Shown: positions 61,904 to 64,000 of the stretch, in pieces
How positions within the stretch are numbered: position 1 is the first letter of the stretch
How the letters are laid out: each line of letters begins with the position of its first letter
Source of the DNA: Camelus ferus
Taxonomy: Eukaryota
Assembly (NCBI RefSeq): GCF_009834535.1
Contig: NC_045697.1
Span: forward strand, 6,822,001-6,886,000
Direction: 5' to 3'
Length of the DNA: 64,000 nucleotides
The notes under the pieces: model-generated
Told to the model about the DNA's origin: nothing
What the model saw: only the letters and a program-made list of their open reading frames with translations
Databases searched by the model: none
Translations under genes and position numbers: made by a program

Positions 61904-62031
61904 TTTTTACTTGAAGTATGGTTGATTTACAATGTTGTGTTAGTAATACCGTGTGATATTACTTATATGTGGATTCTAAAAATATGACAAACTTATTTTA
62001 TTTACAAAATAGAAACAGATTCACAGACTTG
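61904..62031 (-). mobile_element. Tiny 5'-inverted L1 insertion nested in the older L1
   Basis: Minus-strand 3' end (ttgaagtatggttgatttacaatgttgtgttagt) joined at 61944/61945 to a plus-strand 3'UTR piece ending ttcacagac; TSD gcaaaaatt/gaaaaaatt. Confidence 0.75.
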
Positions 62032-63107
62032 GAAAAAATTGATAAAATCCAATATTCATTCTTTTTAACAACACTCATAAAATTGGGATTAGAAGGGATT
62101 GTCCTTAACCTGATAAAACGCATCTTTTAAAAAAATCTGCATCTAGTATCATACTTAATGGTGAAAGTCTGAATGCTTTACTCCCTACAACTGAGAATAC
62201 CATTCTCATGCACAATCTTGCCATTTCTATTCAACATTGTACTCAAAGTTTAGTCCTTGCTACCACATAAGGAAATAAAGCATTTAAATTTAAATAAAAT
62301 TAAATTAAGTAATTTTTTATTTGTTGATTATATGCTTATCTATGTAGAAATTTTAAAAATCTACAAAAATTAATAACTGAGTTTAGCAAGTTTGCAGGAC
62401 ACAATGGTCAGTCTACAAAAATTAATTGTAGTTCTTCATCTTAGCAAGGAATGATACAAATTTGTACATCAGAAGCTACAAAATTCTGCTGTCAGAAATA
62501 AAAGAAGACCCAACTAACTGGGGAGATACGCCATGCTCATGTGTAAGGAAATTCATATTAATACAAATGATGCTTCATAACTTGTTCTATGTATTTATTA
62601 TAATATTAACCAATATGGCAAGATATATTTTTTGTAGAAATTGACAAATAGATTCCAAAATTTATATGGAAATGCAAACAACCTAAAATAGCAAAAGTTT
62701 TGAAAAATAAGAACAAAGTTGGAAGGCAAACAATATTTTATTTCAAAATTTATCCAGTTCTTATTATAAAGCTAAAGTGTAGGTGTGTATAAAGTTTGAT
62801 GAATAGATCGAATGGGACAGAATAAATAGTTCATAAATAGAGCTACACATTTTTGTTTTACAAAGTTGCAAAACCAGTTCAGTGGAGAAAAAGAAGTTTT
62901 CAAAATATAGTACTGGAAAATTTAAATATACATACATAAAAAAGGTCCTTCAATCAATACTTCATATTATATACAAAAATTAAATCAAAGTATATCATAT
63001 ACCTAAATATAAAACATACACCTATAAAATTTCTAAAAGAAAAGATGAAATAAATCCTTTATAATCTTAGGTTATGCAAAGCTTTTGGATACTTTGTTTA
63101 AATTATA

Positions 63108-63298
63108 CAGCTGACCCTTGAACAATGCAAGATCAATCTGTATGATCCACTAACACACTGGTTTTTTTCAGCCCTCAGTATGTTAAAGTACAGAATCCAC
63201 AGGTAAGAAGGGCTGACTATGGGACTTGAGCATCCATGGATTTTGGTATCTGCCACAGGTCCTAGAACCAATCTGCCACTGATACTGAGGGACATTTG
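63108..63298. mobile_element. TcMar-Tigger MITE (Tigger2/MER2-type), nested in L1
   Basis: TA-flanked; left cagctgacccttgaacaa, right gacttgagcatccatggattttggtatc...gatactgagggacatttg. Confidence 0.82.
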
Positions 63299-64000
63299 TA
63301 ATCCATTAAAGAACAATTTGATAAATTGAAATTAATCAGAGGTAAAATCTCCTCTTTGAAAAATACTGATGAGGAAATAAGGCAAACCAAAGACTGGGAA
63401 CTTTCTTGCAAAGCAAATACCTGATAAAAATGTGTATTTTATATATATAAAGAGCTCCTAATACTCAGTAATATAAAACAACCCATTTTTTAAAAATGGT
63501 AAAAGACTGGAAAGACATTTTGCCAAAGAAGACATATGGCAAGTACATAAGCATATGAAAAGACGCTCAACATCGTTAGTCCCTAGGCAATGCAAATAAA
63601 ACCACTATGGGACACCACTATACACATTTCAAAGTTTCTAAAATTAAAAAAAGATTGATAATCTCAAGTGTTGACTTGGAACTCTCACGCATTACTGGTG
63701 GGAATGTAAAAGTGGAACAACCACTTTGGAAACAGTTTGACAGTTTCTTGAAAAGTTAAACATGACCCAGTCATTCCTGTACTGCACACTCAGCCAAAAG
63801 AAGTGGAAGTATACGTCTACATAAACACATGTACAGGAATGCCCATAGCGGCTTTATCTGCAATAGTTAAAAACTGGAAATGATCCAAAGTCCATCAACA
63901 AATTGGCATATTTATATAATAGGATCATACTCAGTAATAAAAAGTGATGAACTATTGATATATTCTGCAATAGGGATAAGTTCAAAATAACTATGCTGAG

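Larger units (their letters stand above)
59685..64000 (+). mobile_element. Ancient L1 (L1MC/MD-like): inter-ORF region plus decayed ORF2, continuing past the window end
   Basis: Degenerate ORF2 motifs ISIIILNVSSL (about 59930), FSDHNGI (about 60525), GP.DFTAEFHQ (about 61513), LPNSLFEASI (about 61610), LFVDYMLIYVE for LFADDM (62317); no long ORF. Confidence 0.9.

Noticed and set aside
59908..64000. Functional L1 ORF2
   Set aside because: Numerous stops and frameshifts, catalytic FADD mutated to FVDY, and three nested insertions

Overview
Mammalian, non-coding, repeat-rich genomic DNA (intergenic or deep-intronic), almost certainly from a camelid (alpaca/vicuna/llama/camel). The evidence is a tRNA-Ala-derived Vic-1-type SINE at 5127-5325 and young camelid-type L1 3' ends at 23362 and 44505. 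I recognise no protein-coding exon, RNA gene, CRISPR array or prokaryote-like system. The supplied ORFs are short and fall on repeats, microsatellites or apparently random sequence. The window is a layered fossil record of transposons: MIR, L2, CR1/L3, L4, hAT and Tigger DNA elements, many MaLR (MLT1) and ERVL LTRs, a decayed ERV-L provirus remnant (RNase H-integrase-dUTPase-LTR, 55.7-57.8 kb) and a 4.3-kb ancient L1 running off the right edge. The best-supported points of interest are nested insertions with readable target-site duplications, including a possibly lineage-specific ERV1 solo LTR with a perfect 4-bp TSD, and two 5'-inverted (twin-primed) L1 insertions. A few repeat-free islands carry enhancer-like motif clusters, notably AP-1/RUNX/GATA/NF-kB at 54.1-54.3 kb. 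I did not find evidence of a genuinely new biological system. Repeat family names come from my recall of consensus sequences, not from a database search, and boundaries of old repeats are approximate.
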